Below, one piece after another: positions 1 to 12,263 of a DNA stretch of 64,000 nucleotides. A program made the translations under genes and the position numbers. The first letter of the stretch is position 1, and each line of letters begins with the position of its first letter. Under the pieces are notes generated by a model that saw nothing but the letters and a program-made list of their open reading frames with translations, did no database searches and had not been told where the DNA came from. Source of the stretch: Candidatus Eiseniibacteriota bacterium (GTDB lineage Bacteria; Eisenbacteria; RBG-16-71-46); contig OY970342.1 of the NCBI GenBank assembly GCA_963717505.1, positions 1,568,001 through 1,632,000 on the forward strand. The letters run 5' to 3'.

Positions 1-126
1 GATGCCGACCTTGAGCCCCTTGAAGTCGTAGCGCGTGGTGATCTCCTTGGTCGCCTGATCCACCGCGTTGTGGACTTCCATGTAGTCGACGCCGGTGGTG
101 ACGTCGAACGAGCTGGTGCTGGCCAA
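1..126 (-). CDS. yajQ: YajQ family nucleotide/c-di-GMP-binding protein, 5' part (runs off window edge)
   Basis: Manual translation from TTG at 126 gives MASTSSFDVTTGVDYMEVHNAVDQATKEITTRYDFKGLKVGI, matching the YajQ 'SFD..VD..EV.NAVDQA.KEI..RYDFKG' signature. AGGAGG RBS just upstream. Not in the ORF track. Confidence 0.9.
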   Translation of the reverse strand, partial: MASTSSFDVTTGVDYMEVHNAVDQATKEITTRYDFKGLKVGI

Positions 127-244
127 GTGTGCCTCCTGGATCTCGTTGCCCGGACGGCGGATCGGTTCGTCCCTCTTATTACGATAGCTATTCTCAGTCC
201 GGATGGTAGGGTTTCCGCTGGCCGACATGAAATGGAGGTCGCAA

Positions 245-2689
245 ATGTTTGATACCTCGCTCCAGCGGCTCGCCGCTTCGGGCGTCCCTATGGTGGTTCT
301 TGCTGCAGTGCTGTCCCTCGGGCCCGTAGTCCCGTGCGCCGCGGACGTCGAACCGATCGGCGCCGAAGTTGCAGACCATCCGAGCGGGAGATGGTCGACA
401 ATCCGCAAGAGTGGGCCGACGCGCATGCTCTACGCGACGGCGTGGGACACTCGGCGAGACCGAATGCTGATCTTCGGCGGCCATCCCCTGGCATTCAACG
501 ATGTTTGGTATCTGGATCCGTCGGTTCCTGAATGGAAGGAGATCCCAACCGGCGACCCGATGCCCTCGCCCCGCTTCGGCGCCTCGGCCATCTACGATCC
601 GATCAACGATCGCCTCGTGGTCTACGGCGGATGGACCAACGGCGGGACATTCGGCGATGTCTGGGCTTTGTCGCTCTCCGGCGAGCCCAGCTGGACGCAG
701 CTCTCCCCTGCGGGCCCAGCGCCGCTGTCTCGCACGTACCACGCCGCCGTCTACGACCCGGTGAATCATCGCATGGTCGTGTTCGGAGGGCATTACTCCG
801 GGGGTTACGACGGACCTGTTGTGTTCCTCGAGGACACCTGGACGCTTTCGCTGGGGGACTCGCCGGCTTGGACCCGGGTGTCCGGGCCTCAACCCTCCGC
901 GCGGAATCTCATGTCCGGAGCGTACGATCCGATTCACCAACGCATGATCATCTTCGGCGGCTGGACCGGAGTCGGCTATCTGAGCGACACCTGGTCCCTG
1001 TCCCTGGCCGGGACGCCGTCGTGGACCCGGCTCTCGACCTCGACCGCGCCGAGCCCCCGCCGGGAATACGCCCTCGCATACGATTCCGAAACGGATCGAA
1101 TGGTCCTGTTCGGGGGATTCACTGGTTTCAGTCTCGCGGATCCGCTGGGCCGGCTCGATGACGTGTGGCAGCTCGATGGCCAGACCAATCATTGGCAATT
1201 CGTTCAGTCGGGGCAGTCGCCGGCAACGCGCCGATGCAGTGCCGGGGCGGTCTTCGATCCGGTCGGCCGGCGCATGATCGTCCTGGGCGGATACGGCTTG
1301 AACCCGTCGGGACAGCTCGACTACCTGAATCAGACGCTCGCCCTTTCGCTGTCGGGGACGCCGGGATGGGCCGACTTGTTCGGCTCGCCATTGGCGCCGT
1401 CGCGTCGCCGGGAAGGCGCGGCGGTCTACGATCCCGACCACGAGCAGATGATCCAGTTCTCGGGTACGCAGCCCGCGGGGCCCCTGGACAGCGATGTCTG
1501 GCGCCTGTCGCTGAACGGTCCACCGCAGTGGACTCGTGAGGTGGTTCCCGACGGTCCGACGTCGAGGCATGGACACGCTGCGGTCTGGGACTCGCCTCGG
1601 CATCGCATGCTGATGATGGGTGGCTACGACGACCAAGTCGGCACCTTCGGAAACGATATGTGGGCGTTGACGCTCGGTCCGGTTCCAGCTTGGACGCCGC
1701 TGGCGACCACGGGAACTCCGCCGAGCCCACGCATGATGTTCGGCATGGTCCACGACACCCGTGAAGATCGGCTGCTGATCTTCGGCGGTCACCCGACGTT
1801 CCTCAACGACGTTTGGGAACTGCCTTTGAGCGGTCCTGACGCGCTCCAATGGAATCAGCTGACCCCGAGTGGAGTGCCCCCGGCTCCACGCTGGGGCATG
1901 TCCATGGTCTACGACCGAGATCACGATCGCGCGATCATCTTTGGTGGGACCAGCTCAGGCGGTACGGGGAGGAACGACACTTGGGCGCTGGATCTCCGTG
2001 GTGGCGACGTCGAATGGACCGAGCTGGAAACCGGGGTGGCGCGTCCCGCCCCGCGCTTCGTCCACAGCGCGATCTTCGACGAGAAACGCGGACGAATGGT
2101 GATCTATGGCGGAGCGACGGGATCGAACTTCCTTGACGACGTCTGGGAGATGAGTCCTTCCCGGCATCGGGCCCGCTGGGAGCCGATGGCTCCGGATGGC
2201 GAATCGCCCGGAACGCGGGATTTGCACAGCGCCGTCTACGATCCCGAGGGGGACCGCATGGTCGTGTTCGGCGGCTTCCGGTATCCATCCGAGTACTTCA
2301 ACGACACCTGGTTCCTGGAGTGGGGACGCGGCCGTAACCACGACGATGACGACGATGACGGCGGTGACATCATCGTCAACAAGGGCGGCGGTCCGATGTC
2401 GGCTCCATCTGCTTCGGCGTCCGCGGTACTGGCGTTGACGCGCATCCATCCCAACCCGAGCTCGGGGCCGATCTCGATCACGTTTTCACTGCCGCGCAAT
2501 GATCCCGCTACGTTGGAGCTCGTGGACGTCGCGGGTCGCGTCGTCCAGCGTCGCGAGGTCGGGGCACTCGGCCCGGGAACGCACACGGTGAGCATGGGCC
2601 GTCAGGAACGGGTCTCGGCAGGCATCTACTTCATCAGCCTCACTCAGGGCGGCGAGCGCCTCTACCGGCGGTACTCGGTCGTCAGGTAA
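245..2689 (+). CDS. Secreted Kelch-repeat (probable double beta-propeller) protein with C-terminal T9SS type-A/FlgD-Ig-like domain
   Basis: About 13 repeats of 'H.AVYDP...RM.VFGG....NDTW.L.L...P.W'; hydrophobic N-terminal segment; poly-Asp linker; C-terminal 'HPNPSSG...LELVDVAGRVV...AGIYFI'. ATG 245 chosen for its GGAGG RBS (ORF opens at 203). Confidence 0.85.
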   Translation: MFDTSLQRLAASGVPMVVLAAVLSLGPVVPCAADVEPIGAEVADHPSGRWSTIRKSGPTRMLYATAWDTRRDRMLIFGGHPLAFNDVWYLDPSVPEWKEIPTGDPMPSPRFGASAIYDPINDRLVVYGGWTNGGTFGDVWALSLSGEPSWTQLSPAGPAPLSRTYHAAVYDPVNHRMVVFGGHYSGGYDGPVVFLEDTWTLSLGDSPAWTRVSGPQPSARNLMSGAYDPIHQRMIIFGGWTGVGYLSDTWSLSLAGTPSWTRLSTSTAPSPRREYALAYDSETDRMVLFGGFTGFSLADPLGRLDDVWQLDGQTNHWQFVQSGQSPATRRCSAGAVFDPVGRRMIVLGGYGLNPSGQLDYLNQTLALSLSGTPGWADLFGSPLAPSRRREGAAVYDPDHEQMIQFSGTQPAGPLDSDVWRLSLNGPPQWTREVVPDGPTSRHGHAAVWDSPRHRMLMMGGYDDQVGTFGNDMWALTLGPVPAWTPLATTGTPPSPRMMFGMVHDTREDRLLIFGGHPTFLNDVWELPLSGPDALQWNQLTPSGVPPAPRWGMSMVYDRDHDRAIIFGGTSSGGTGRNDTWALDLRGGDVEWTELETGVARPAPRFVHSAIFDEKRGRMVIYGGATGSNFLDDVWEMSPSRHRARWEPMAPDGESPGTRDLHSAVYDPEGDRMVVFGGFRYPSEYFNDTWFLEWGRGRNHDDDDDDGGDIIVNKGGGPMSAPSASASAVLALTRIHPNPSSGPISITFSLPRNDPATLELVDVAGRVVQRREVGALGPGTHTVSMGRQERVSAGIYFISLTQGGERLYRRYSVVR

Positions 2690-2698
2690 GGCACGCGG

Positions 2699-3175
2699 CT
2701 AGGCGGGGCGCTCGATGTGGAGCTCGAGCGCTCTCGCCAGTCGCGGTCGCGAGAGCACTTCGCGTTTCACGGCCTCGAGCCCTCGACGCTGTGACTCCCA
2801 GAGATAGAGTCGGCCGGCGGTCGCCGCGCTCGTGAACCGGTGTGCGTCGTGTTCGTGAGACAGCCGAATTCGGGCCGCGGGCTTCACTTCGGCGGCAAAC
2901 AACGGCAGCACCATCGCAAGGCTGGTCGAACCGTCGAAATAGACGGTCACAGTCTCGAGAGCCCACAGTCGAATCGGCGCGACGCCGGTTTCTTCGATGA
3001 CCTCGCGGCGGGCTGCGACATCAGCGCGCTCTCGAGCGAAGCGCTTGCCGGTGACCGGCTGCCAAACCCCCGCCAGTGACCGGCCCGCGGAGCGCCTCAG
3101 GCACAGGAACTCCACCCGTCTGCCACGGCGCCGGAAGACGTAGACCTCGACGTGGGCTGGCTTGAGGTTGCGCAC
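2699..3175 (-). CDS. NUDIX hydrolase (NudB/dihydroneopterin triphosphate pyrophosphatase-like)
   Basis: 'GVWQPVTG......ADVAARREVIEETGV' Nudix box and 'LSHEHDAHRF'. GTG start at 3175 inferred; ORF opens at 3268. Confidence 0.8.
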   Translation of the reverse strand: MRNLKPAHVEVYVFRRRGRRVEFLCLRRSAGRSLAGVWQPVTGKRFARERADVAARREVIEETGVAPIRLWALETVTVYFDGSTSLAMVLPLFAAEVKPAARIRLSHEHDAHRFTSAATAGRLYLWESQRRGLEAVKREVLSRPRLARALELHIERPA

Positions 3176-3310
3176 GGAGGCGGAACATAGATGTGTGGGC
3201 CGGCTTCGGGAAGGGGGCCAGCCGACTGTACACATGTGCCCCAGCAGCAAAGACCGCGTGTTGGCCACCGAGGCGAACTGGCCCCGGGGCCAGTTGAGGG
3301 GACTTTCGGG

Positions 3311-3339
3311 TTGACCCCGAACAGGGCTTTCCCTACATT
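3311..3339 (+). promoter_or_regulatory. sigma70-type promoter of the atp operon
   Basis: TTGACC (3311-3316), 17-nt spacer, TACATT (3334-3339), 75 nt upstream of the first atp gene. Confidence 0.7.
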
Positions 3340-3386
3340 CCCCCGGCTTCTGCGAACGTCATCCACTGCAACGGTTAGCCGGAAGC

Positions 3387-3404
3387 TTGTGAAATTTTTC
3401 ACTG
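3387..3404. promoter_or_regulatory. Putative Rex (NADH/NAD+ sensor) operator
   Basis: TTGTGAA-ATTT-TTCACTG against the Rex consensus TTGTGAA-N4-TTCACAA (12 of 14 specified positions). AT-rich palindrome in a GC-rich background, between the promoter and the RBS. Confidence 0.7.
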
Positions 3405-3414
3405 AGGTCGCGGC

Positions 3415-3675
3415 ATGACCGAACCGCGCGACAAGGAGCGCTATTCCGCCCTGCGCGTCGGTGGGCTGCTGCTCGCCATTCCAACGCTGATCATCGTGTC
3501 CCCGCTCGTCGGATTCTTCGGCGGCGGCGCCCTGGATCGTTGGCTCGGGACGAAACCCTGGCTGGCTCTGGTCGGGCTCGTCCTCGGGTTCGTCGCCGCA
3601 GGGCGTGAGACCCAGCGAATCTACCGGCGTTATTTGGAAGAAACCGAGAAGGAGCAACGCGGGCCCCGCCCCTAG
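3415..3675 (+). CDS. atpZ: AtpZ/AtpI family (ATPase gene 1) small membrane protein
   Basis: 'GFFGGGALDRWLGTKPWLALVGLVLGFVAAG' motif; first gene of the atp operon. Confidence 0.85.
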   Translation: MTEPRDKERYSALRVGGLLLAIPTLIIVSPLVGFFGGGALDRWLGTKPWLALVGLVLGFVAAGRETQRIYRRYLEETEKEQRGPRP

Positions 3676-3693
3676 CGGGCGCCACCAGCCATC

Positions 3694-5145
3694 ATGGGTC
3701 TCGAGTTCCTCGCTCGTATCCGGCGCAGCACGATCCTCCTCGGGATCTTCGGCGCGCTTGCGGTCGCGACTTACGCCGGGCCGACTTCCGGTCTGGGGCT
3801 TGCCGCCGGCATCGCGTGGTCGCTCGCGAATCTGGCGCTGCTCGAGCGATTGATCGTTGCGATCACCGGGAGCGATCGCCGCTCGATGCCGGCCGTGAAG
3901 CGCGCGAGTCTCGCTGCCGCCGGCATGATGGGCCTGTTCGGCGCCGGTGGCGTGCTCCTCTTCCTGCTGCCGCCGATCTGGCTCTCGGTCGGGTTCATCG
4001 CGCCGTTCGCGGTCATGGTGCTCAAGGCTGCCTCGCTCTTGCTCCTGCAGTCGCCGGCCTGGAAATGGTTGCTCGCGCGTCCCTGGCGCGCGGCACTGGT
4101 CACGGTCAGCCTGCTGGTCGCGGCGTGGTGGGCGATTCCCGCCTGGCTCGACGTTCCGGCCGCCAACCCCTCGGCCACCGATACCGCGAGCCACGCTGCC
4201 GGCTCACATTCCGAGGCCACGACCGACTCGCACGCCACGAGCGTCGCGAGCGATCCGCACGCGGCCGATCCCCACGCCACGGGCGGTTCCGCGGCGGCAC
4301 ACGGCGAGTCGGAGCATGGCGGTGGCCACGGAAAGGCTTCGGGACCTTCCAAGTTTCCGAACCTGATCACCTACCTGAGCGCATTCTTCCCCGACTCCCC
4401 GTGGGTCCAGTTCCTCCATCACTGGGAGATCCAGGTGTTCGCGCTGCTGTTCGCCGCGGTCATCTGTCTGGTCGCCTTCCTGGCCACGCGGCGCGCCACG
4501 TTGATTCCGGGCCGGCTCCAGAACGTGGTCGAGCTGTTGGTCTCGACGCTCTACGACTTCATCGTCGGCATCCTCGGCGAGAAGTACGGCCCTCGCTTCG
4601 TACCGTTCCTTGGCACCTTGTTCCTCTACATCTGGGTCATGAACCTGGCCGGTCTGGTGCCGGGGCTCGAAGCGCCGACCTCGAGCCTCAACACCACCTT
4701 CGCGCTCGGCATCACGGTGTTCCTCTACGCGCAGTGGGTCGGCTTGCGCATGCTCGGCCCGGTCGGCTACTTCGACCACTTGATGGGCAGCCCGCGCGAC
4801 CCGATGTCGTGGGCGCTGGTGCCGATCATGCTGCCGATCCACATCCTGGGCGAGCTGGCCAAACCGATCTCGCTCTCGTGCCGATTGTTCGGCAACATCT
4901 TCGGCGAGGACATGTTGCTGGTCGCTTTCGCCACTCTGGGAGTGACCGCGATCGCGTCCCTGAACCTGCCGATCGGCCTGCCGCTGCACCTGCCGTTCAT
5001 GTTCCTGGCGTTGCTGACCGGCACGATCCAGGCCCTGGTGTTCACGGTGTTGAGCACGATCTACCTGCTCCTCATGCTGCCGCACGACGAGCATCACGCC
5101 GAGCACGCGCACGAGGGGGAGGCGCAACCCGCGCACGCACACTAG
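3694..5145 (+). CDS. atpB: Fusion of ATP synthase I-like domain, His-rich linker and Fo subunit a
   Basis: C-terminal ~250 aa have subunit-a motifs (PGRLQNVVE, APTSSLNTTFAL, KPISLSCRLFGNIFGE with the essential Arg, IQALVFTVLSTIY). N-terminal ~120 aa are a multi-TM AtpI-like segment (GLAAGIAWSLANLALL). No internal stop. Confidence 0.9.
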   Translation: MGLEFLARIRRSTILLGIFGALAVATYAGPTSGLGLAAGIAWSLANLALLERLIVAITGSDRRSMPAVKRASLAAAGMMGLFGAGGVLLFLLPPIWLSVGFIAPFAVMVLKAASLLLLQSPAWKWLLARPWRAALVTVSLLVAAWWAIPAWLDVPAANPSATDTASHAAGSHSEATTDSHATSVASDPHAADPHATGGSAAAHGESEHGGGHGKASGPSKFPNLITYLSAFFPDSPWVQFLHHWEIQVFALLFAAVICLVAFLATRRATLIPGRLQNVVELLVSTLYDFIVGILGEKYGPRFVPFLGTLFLYIWVMNLAGLVPGLEAPTSSLNTTFALGITVFLYAQWVGLRMLGPVGYFDHLMGSPRDPMSWALVPIMLPIHILGELAKPISLSCRLFGNIFGEDMLLVAFATLGVTAIASLNLPIGLPLHLPFMFLALLTGTIQALVFTVLSTIYLLLMLPHDEHHAEHAHEGEAQPAHAH

Positions 5146-5209
5146 AACCTCACGCGTTCCAAAGTTGTTTCACGATCCGCAGATCCACAATTGAAGGAGG
5201 AAGACGGTC

Positions 5210-5446
5210 ATGGATTTCCAGGCAGCGCTCGCACTCGGACTCCCATTGGGCATCGGCATCGCCGCGATCGGCTCGGGCATCGGCCTCGGCCTGATCGGCC
5301 AGGGCGCGATGACCGCGATCGGCCGCCAGCCCGAAGCCACCGGCAAGATCCAGCTCGCCATGATCATCATCGCCGGCCTGGCCGAAGCGCTGACGATCTA
5401 CGCGTTCGTCACGATGTTCTTGCTGTCGGGGAAGATCGGAGGCTGA
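5210..5446 (+). CDS. atpE: Fo subunit c
   Basis: GxGxGxG helix, RQPEA loop, conserved Glu in LAEALTIY; AAGGAGG RBS. Confidence 0.97.
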   Translation: MDFQAALALGLPLGIGIAAIGSGIGLGLIGQGAMTAIGRQPEATGKIQLAMIIIAGLAEALTIYAFVTMFLLSGKIGG

Positions 5447-5509
5447 CACGGTGCGCAGGACTTGGCGGGCAGTGCACCGTCCGCCGTCCGGTCCGTGTGA
5501 GGAGCACTC

Positions 5510-5998
5510 ATGAATTTGATCGACATCCGGCAGGTCGTCACCCAAATCGTCGGCTTCCTGTTGTTGGTCTGGCTGCTGCGCCGATTCGCCTGGGCACCGG
5601 TTCTGAAGATGCTCGAAGAGCGCCGGCAAAAGATCGCCGGTGAGTTCCAGGAGGCGGAACGGCGCAAGGGCGAGGCGGATCAGCTCCGCGCGAAGTACGA
5701 GCAGGAGCTGAAGACGATCGACGCCCAGGCGCGCCAGAAGCTTCAAGAGGCGGTGGCCGACGGCCAGCGGGTCGCGGTCGAAATCAAGGCGCAGGCGAAT
5801 CAGGAAGCCGCGGCACGGCTGGCGCGGTCCGAGGACGAGATCGCGCGCGAGCGCGAGAAGGCCAAGGAGCTGCTCAAGCAGGCGGTGATCACGCTGTCGA
5901 TGCGCAGCGCGGAGAAGATCCTGCGCCAGAAGCTCGACGAGAAGCAGCAGCGCCAGCTGGTCAGCGAGTTCATCGACGAGGTCGGAGCGCTGAATTGA
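5510..5998 (+). CDS. atpF: Fo subunit b
   Basis: N-terminal TM followed by 'FAWAPVLKMLEERRQKI' and a long coiled coil. Confidence 0.95.
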   Translation: MNLIDIRQVVTQIVGFLLLVWLLRRFAWAPVLKMLEERRQKIAGEFQEAERRKGEADQLRAKYEQELKTIDAQARQKLQEAVADGQRVAVEIKAQANQEAAARLARSEDEIAREREKAKELLKQAVITLSMRSAEKILRQKLDEKQQRQLVSEFIDEVGALN

Positions 5999-6540
5999 AA
6001 GACACCACGGTCGCCGCCCGCTACGCGCGGGCCCTGTTCATCGTCACCGAGAAGCGCAAGGAGACGACGCGCGCGCTCGAGGACTTGAAGGGCGCGTGGG
6101 AGGTTCTTCGCCCGGGAACGCGGGCCGGCACGATGCTGGCCACGCCCCAGGTCCGCATGACCGACAAGCGGGCCGCGCTGCGGACGACCTTCGAGAACCG
6201 GGTGCTGCGCATTGTCGCGGTGTTCATCGACCTGCTCCTGCGCAAGCGGCGGCTCGGCGAGCTGGAGACCATCGTCCACGAGTTCGAGGCTTTGGTCGAG
6301 CGCATGCAGGGCATCCAGCGGGCGCACGCGGTGAGTGCCGTGCCGCTCGCGGCTGGCGAGCGCGATCGCCTGCACGGCGAGCTCGAACGCACGACCGGCA
6401 AGAAGATCAAGATGACCACCGAAGTCGACGGCGAGTTGATCGGCGGGGTCCTGGTGCGGATCGGGGACCGCGTAATCGATCGCTCCGTGCGCACGCTGCT
6501 GGAGAAAATCGAGCAACAGCTCTTGGAAACCAACGTCTAG
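5995..6540 (+). CDS. atpH: F1 subunit delta
   Basis: 'VAARYARALF' and 'VDGELIGGVLVRIGDRVIDRSV'; TTG start overlaps the atpF stop. Confidence 0.95.
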   Translation: MKDTTVAARYARALFIVTEKRKETTRALEDLKGAWEVLRPGTRAGTMLATPQVRMTDKRAALRTTFENRVLRIVAVFIDLLLRKRRLGELETIVHEFEALVERMQGIQRAHAVSAVPLAAGERDRLHGELERTTGKKIKMTTEVDGELIGGVLVRIGDRVIDRSVRTLLEKIEQQLLETNV

Positions 6541-6601
6541 GGCACGGCGCCGGGTGGCGCCGCGCTGGAATCCACACGCATAGAGGAACGGGGTTCGATC
6601 C

Positions 6602-8110
<1,509 letters not shown>

Positions 8111-8114
8111 GCGA

Positions 8115-8969
8115 ATGGCGTCGCTCAAAGACCTCAGGCGGCGAATCCGCGCCACGAAGAGCATGCAGCAGATCTTCAAGGCGATGGAGATGGTTGCTGC
8201 CGCGAAGCTGCGCCGGGCGCAGTCGCGCGCGCAGAGCGCGGCGCCGTATTCGGAACGCATCACCGCCATGTTGTCGAATCTGGCGGGGGCGGCGGCCGAG
8301 CTCGAGCATCCCTTGTTCAAGGCCCGAGAGGCGAAGACCACAGCGATCGTCGTGGTCACTTCGGACCGCGGCTTCGCCGGCGCCTACAACACGACCATCC
8401 TGCGCGCGGCCGAGCAGCGGGTGAAGACGGCGCCCTCGGGCGCGGTGCAGCTGCTCGTGCTCGGCCGCAAAGGGCGGGACTACATGCGCCGGCGCCACGT
8501 GCCGGTGATCGCGGCGCACACCGATCTGCCGGGCGAAGCCAGCCTGGAGCTGGCACGCCGGCTGACCACGGAGCTGACCGATCTGTTCACCGGGGGCACC
8601 GTCGACCGGGTCGAGCTGATGTACACGCACTTCGTGAACGCACTGGTTCGCAAGGTTCGAACCGAAGGGTTCCTGCCGATCGGAACCGACTCGGGCACCA
8701 CCGCCAGTGACCGCGGCACCATCTTCGAGCCCGGCCCCGAAGAGATCTTCGCCGAGCTGCTGCCGCGTTACGCCACCGCCAAACTCTACGCTGCCATGGC
8801 CGACGCGCTTGCGTCGGAACACGGCGCGCGCATGATCGCCATGGGCTCGGCCCGCAAGAACGCAGGCGAGCTCGTGGATTCGCTGACTTTGACCCGGAAC
8901 CGCCTGCGCCAGGCGGCGATCACCAAGGAGATCGCCGAACTGGTGGGCGGCGCCGAAGCGCTCAGGTAG
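8115..8969 (+). CDS. atpG: F1 subunit gamma
   Basis: MASLKDLRRRI...AMEMVAAAKLRRAQ, TSDRGFAGAYN, RNRLRQAAITKEIAELVGGA. Confidence 0.98.
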   Translation: MASLKDLRRRIRATKSMQQIFKAMEMVAAAKLRRAQSRAQSAAPYSERITAMLSNLAGAAAELEHPLFKAREAKTTAIVVVTSDRGFAGAYNTTILRAAEQRVKTAPSGAVQLLVLGRKGRDYMRRRHVPVIAAHTDLPGEASLELARRLTTELTDLFTGGTVDRVELMYTHFVNALVRKVRTEGFLPIGTDSGTTASDRGTIFEPGPEEIFAELLPRYATAKLYAAMADALASEHGARMIAMGSARKNAGELVDSLTLTRNRLRQAAITKEIAELVGGAEALR

Positions 8970-8973
8970 GGGG

Positions 8974-9639
8974 ATGGACATGGGCAAGGGCCGTCGCAAT
9001 CACCTGAAACACGCTCTCGGGATCCTCTGTGCCGTCATCGCGGCGCCGCTGATCGCGATCGCCGCCGATGACCTCGAGTCGCTCGAGATGGAGGTCGAGG
9101 CTGTCCAGAACTCGTTCTTCGCCGCGATCAACGGGAGCTATCAAGCACCGCCGATCCCCGATCTGGTGAGGGCGCTGCCGGCCGATCAGCAGCGCGCCGC
9201 GGTGCGGACCATGGCCGGTGTTGCCAAGACGTTCATGGGATCGAGCGAGTTCAAGAAGGACTACTCGGCGGCGTACAAGCGCACGAAGCCCAAGGGCTTC
9301 GGAATTCCCAACCTGAGCGTGGATGCGCTCACGGGATCTGCGGCCGACAAGGCGCTCGGAGAGGAAAAGAAGGAAGAGCCCTGGAAGTTGGAGAAGGACC
9401 CGAACGCCCAGCTGCGTAAGCGACTCAAGTCCTTTCTGAGCGTGACCGAAGACGTCGACTTCGACGCCGCGACCACTGGGTCGAACCGGCGCGGGCAGTT
9501 CAATAACAGCGAGTACGAAACCAAGCCGCCCGAGTGGAAGATGTGTTTTCGCGCCGGCCCGGAGGTTGCCGATGAAGTCCGGACCGTCGCCAAGGAATGG
9601 CTGAAGGAACTCGAGCCGGCCGAACCCAAGAAGAAGTAA
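8974..9639 (+). CDS. Hypothetical secreted protein inserted between atpG and atpD
   Basis: Sec-like signal (ILCAVIAAPLIAIA-AD), GC3-rich coding pattern, C-terminal 'DVDFDA...YETKPPEWKMCFRAG...AKEWLKEL'. No ATP synthase motif. Confidence 0.75.
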   Translation: MDMGKGRRNHLKHALGILCAVIAAPLIAIAADDLESLEMEVEAVQNSFFAAINGSYQAPPIPDLVRALPADQQRAAVRTMAGVAKTFMGSSEFKKDYSAAYKRTKPKGFGIPNLSVDALTGSAADKALGEEKKEEPWKLEKDPNAQLRKRLKSFLSVTEDVDFDAATTGSNRRGQFNNSEYETKPPEWKMCFRAGPEVADEVRTVAKEWLKELEPAEPKKK

Positions 9640-11414
<1,775 letters not shown>

Positions 11415-11418
<4 letters not shown>

Positions 11419-12164
11419 GCCCCTGGCGCCGACGGCTCCCGCGGATCGCTGGCCAGCCCGTACGGTTTCGCAGATGATGCCTTCTCCATCCCACCGCCGC
11501 GCCTGATCGATCAGCTCCGCGAACAGCATCACCCATCCGACTGGCTCTACGTGACCACGCCATCCGAACGTCGCGAGGTCCGCGTGAAGGACATCGACGC
11601 ATCGGGTCTCATGAGCCCGCGTTCCCGGGGGTCCCATGTCACCGACCACACCATCCCGTGGTCCGAAGTTGCGCGCATCGAGGAAAGGCGATCCGGTTTC
11701 CGCACGGGTCAGGTCGTCGGCGCCGTGGTCGCTGCAACCGCGCTCTCATACGCCGGTGCGGCGTTCGACAATGAGGTCGGGGCAACAACCGTCCAGGCCG
11801 CCTGGATCGCCCTCCCCGTTGGGGCACTCGTGGGAGGGTGGATCGGAGGCCGCGTGGGTGACCGGTCCGTTACGACGCCGGCGGCCCGCTCCCCGCGGAA
11901 CCGGTGTCGTGGTCGCGGATCACGAGCGTCGAGCGCCACGGAAAGGCAACGGGCCGTTCGGCCATCATCGGCGCCTTGATCGTCGGCGGCTTCATGGGAT
12001 ACGCGGCAGGGGCCGTTGCCGCCGGAGTCGAATCCGACGAGGTAGGTCTGGCAGCCGCCGGAGGCGTGGCCGCTGGAGCGCTGATCGGCGGCGGAGTTGG
12101 AGCCCTCATCGGATCCCACGTACCGCAGTGGCACACGGTCTACACAGCGCCACACCCATCGTGA
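11415..12164 (+). pseudogene. Disrupted two-domain glycine-zipper membrane protein (no clear start; frameshift/deletion near 11870-11904)
   Basis: Two frames give homologous halves: 'IPWSEVARIEERRSGFRTGQVVGAVV...GALVGGWIGGRVG' (ORF 11335-11979) and 'VSWSRITSVERHGKATGRSAIIGALI...GALIGGGVGALIG' (ORF 11904-12164). Confidence 0.55.
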
Positions 12165-12263
12165 CGCCCGAGCCGTCCGCGTTCGGGTCCCAGGTCGTCG
12201 CCGCGCCGCTCGCGGCATCGAGCGCGGCGATCCGATTGCGCACCTGAGCAGCCCCTGGCGGTG

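Noticed and set aside
194-1924. Long antisense or alternate-frame ORFs (e.g. 194-1924, 6407-8359, 14616-16556, 26598-28868, 47952-50033, 57386-59521)
   Set aside because: They shadow well-supported genes, have Arg/Pro/Ala-rich low-information translations, and are expected in high-GC DNA.
245-2330. CRISPR or tandem DNA repeat from recurring 'gccgtctacgatcc / tcttcggcgg' strings
   Set aside because: These are codon-level echoes of Kelch protein repeats, not fixed repeat-spacer units.
5158-5175. Second Rex site upstream of atpE
   Set aside because: Only the right half (TTCACGA) matches; the left half does not.
5210-5446. Na+-translocating ATP synthase or N-ATPase
   Set aside because: Subunit c lacks the Gln and the Glu-Ser/Thr ligands (it has GLG and EALTIY), and the gene order is standard F-type.
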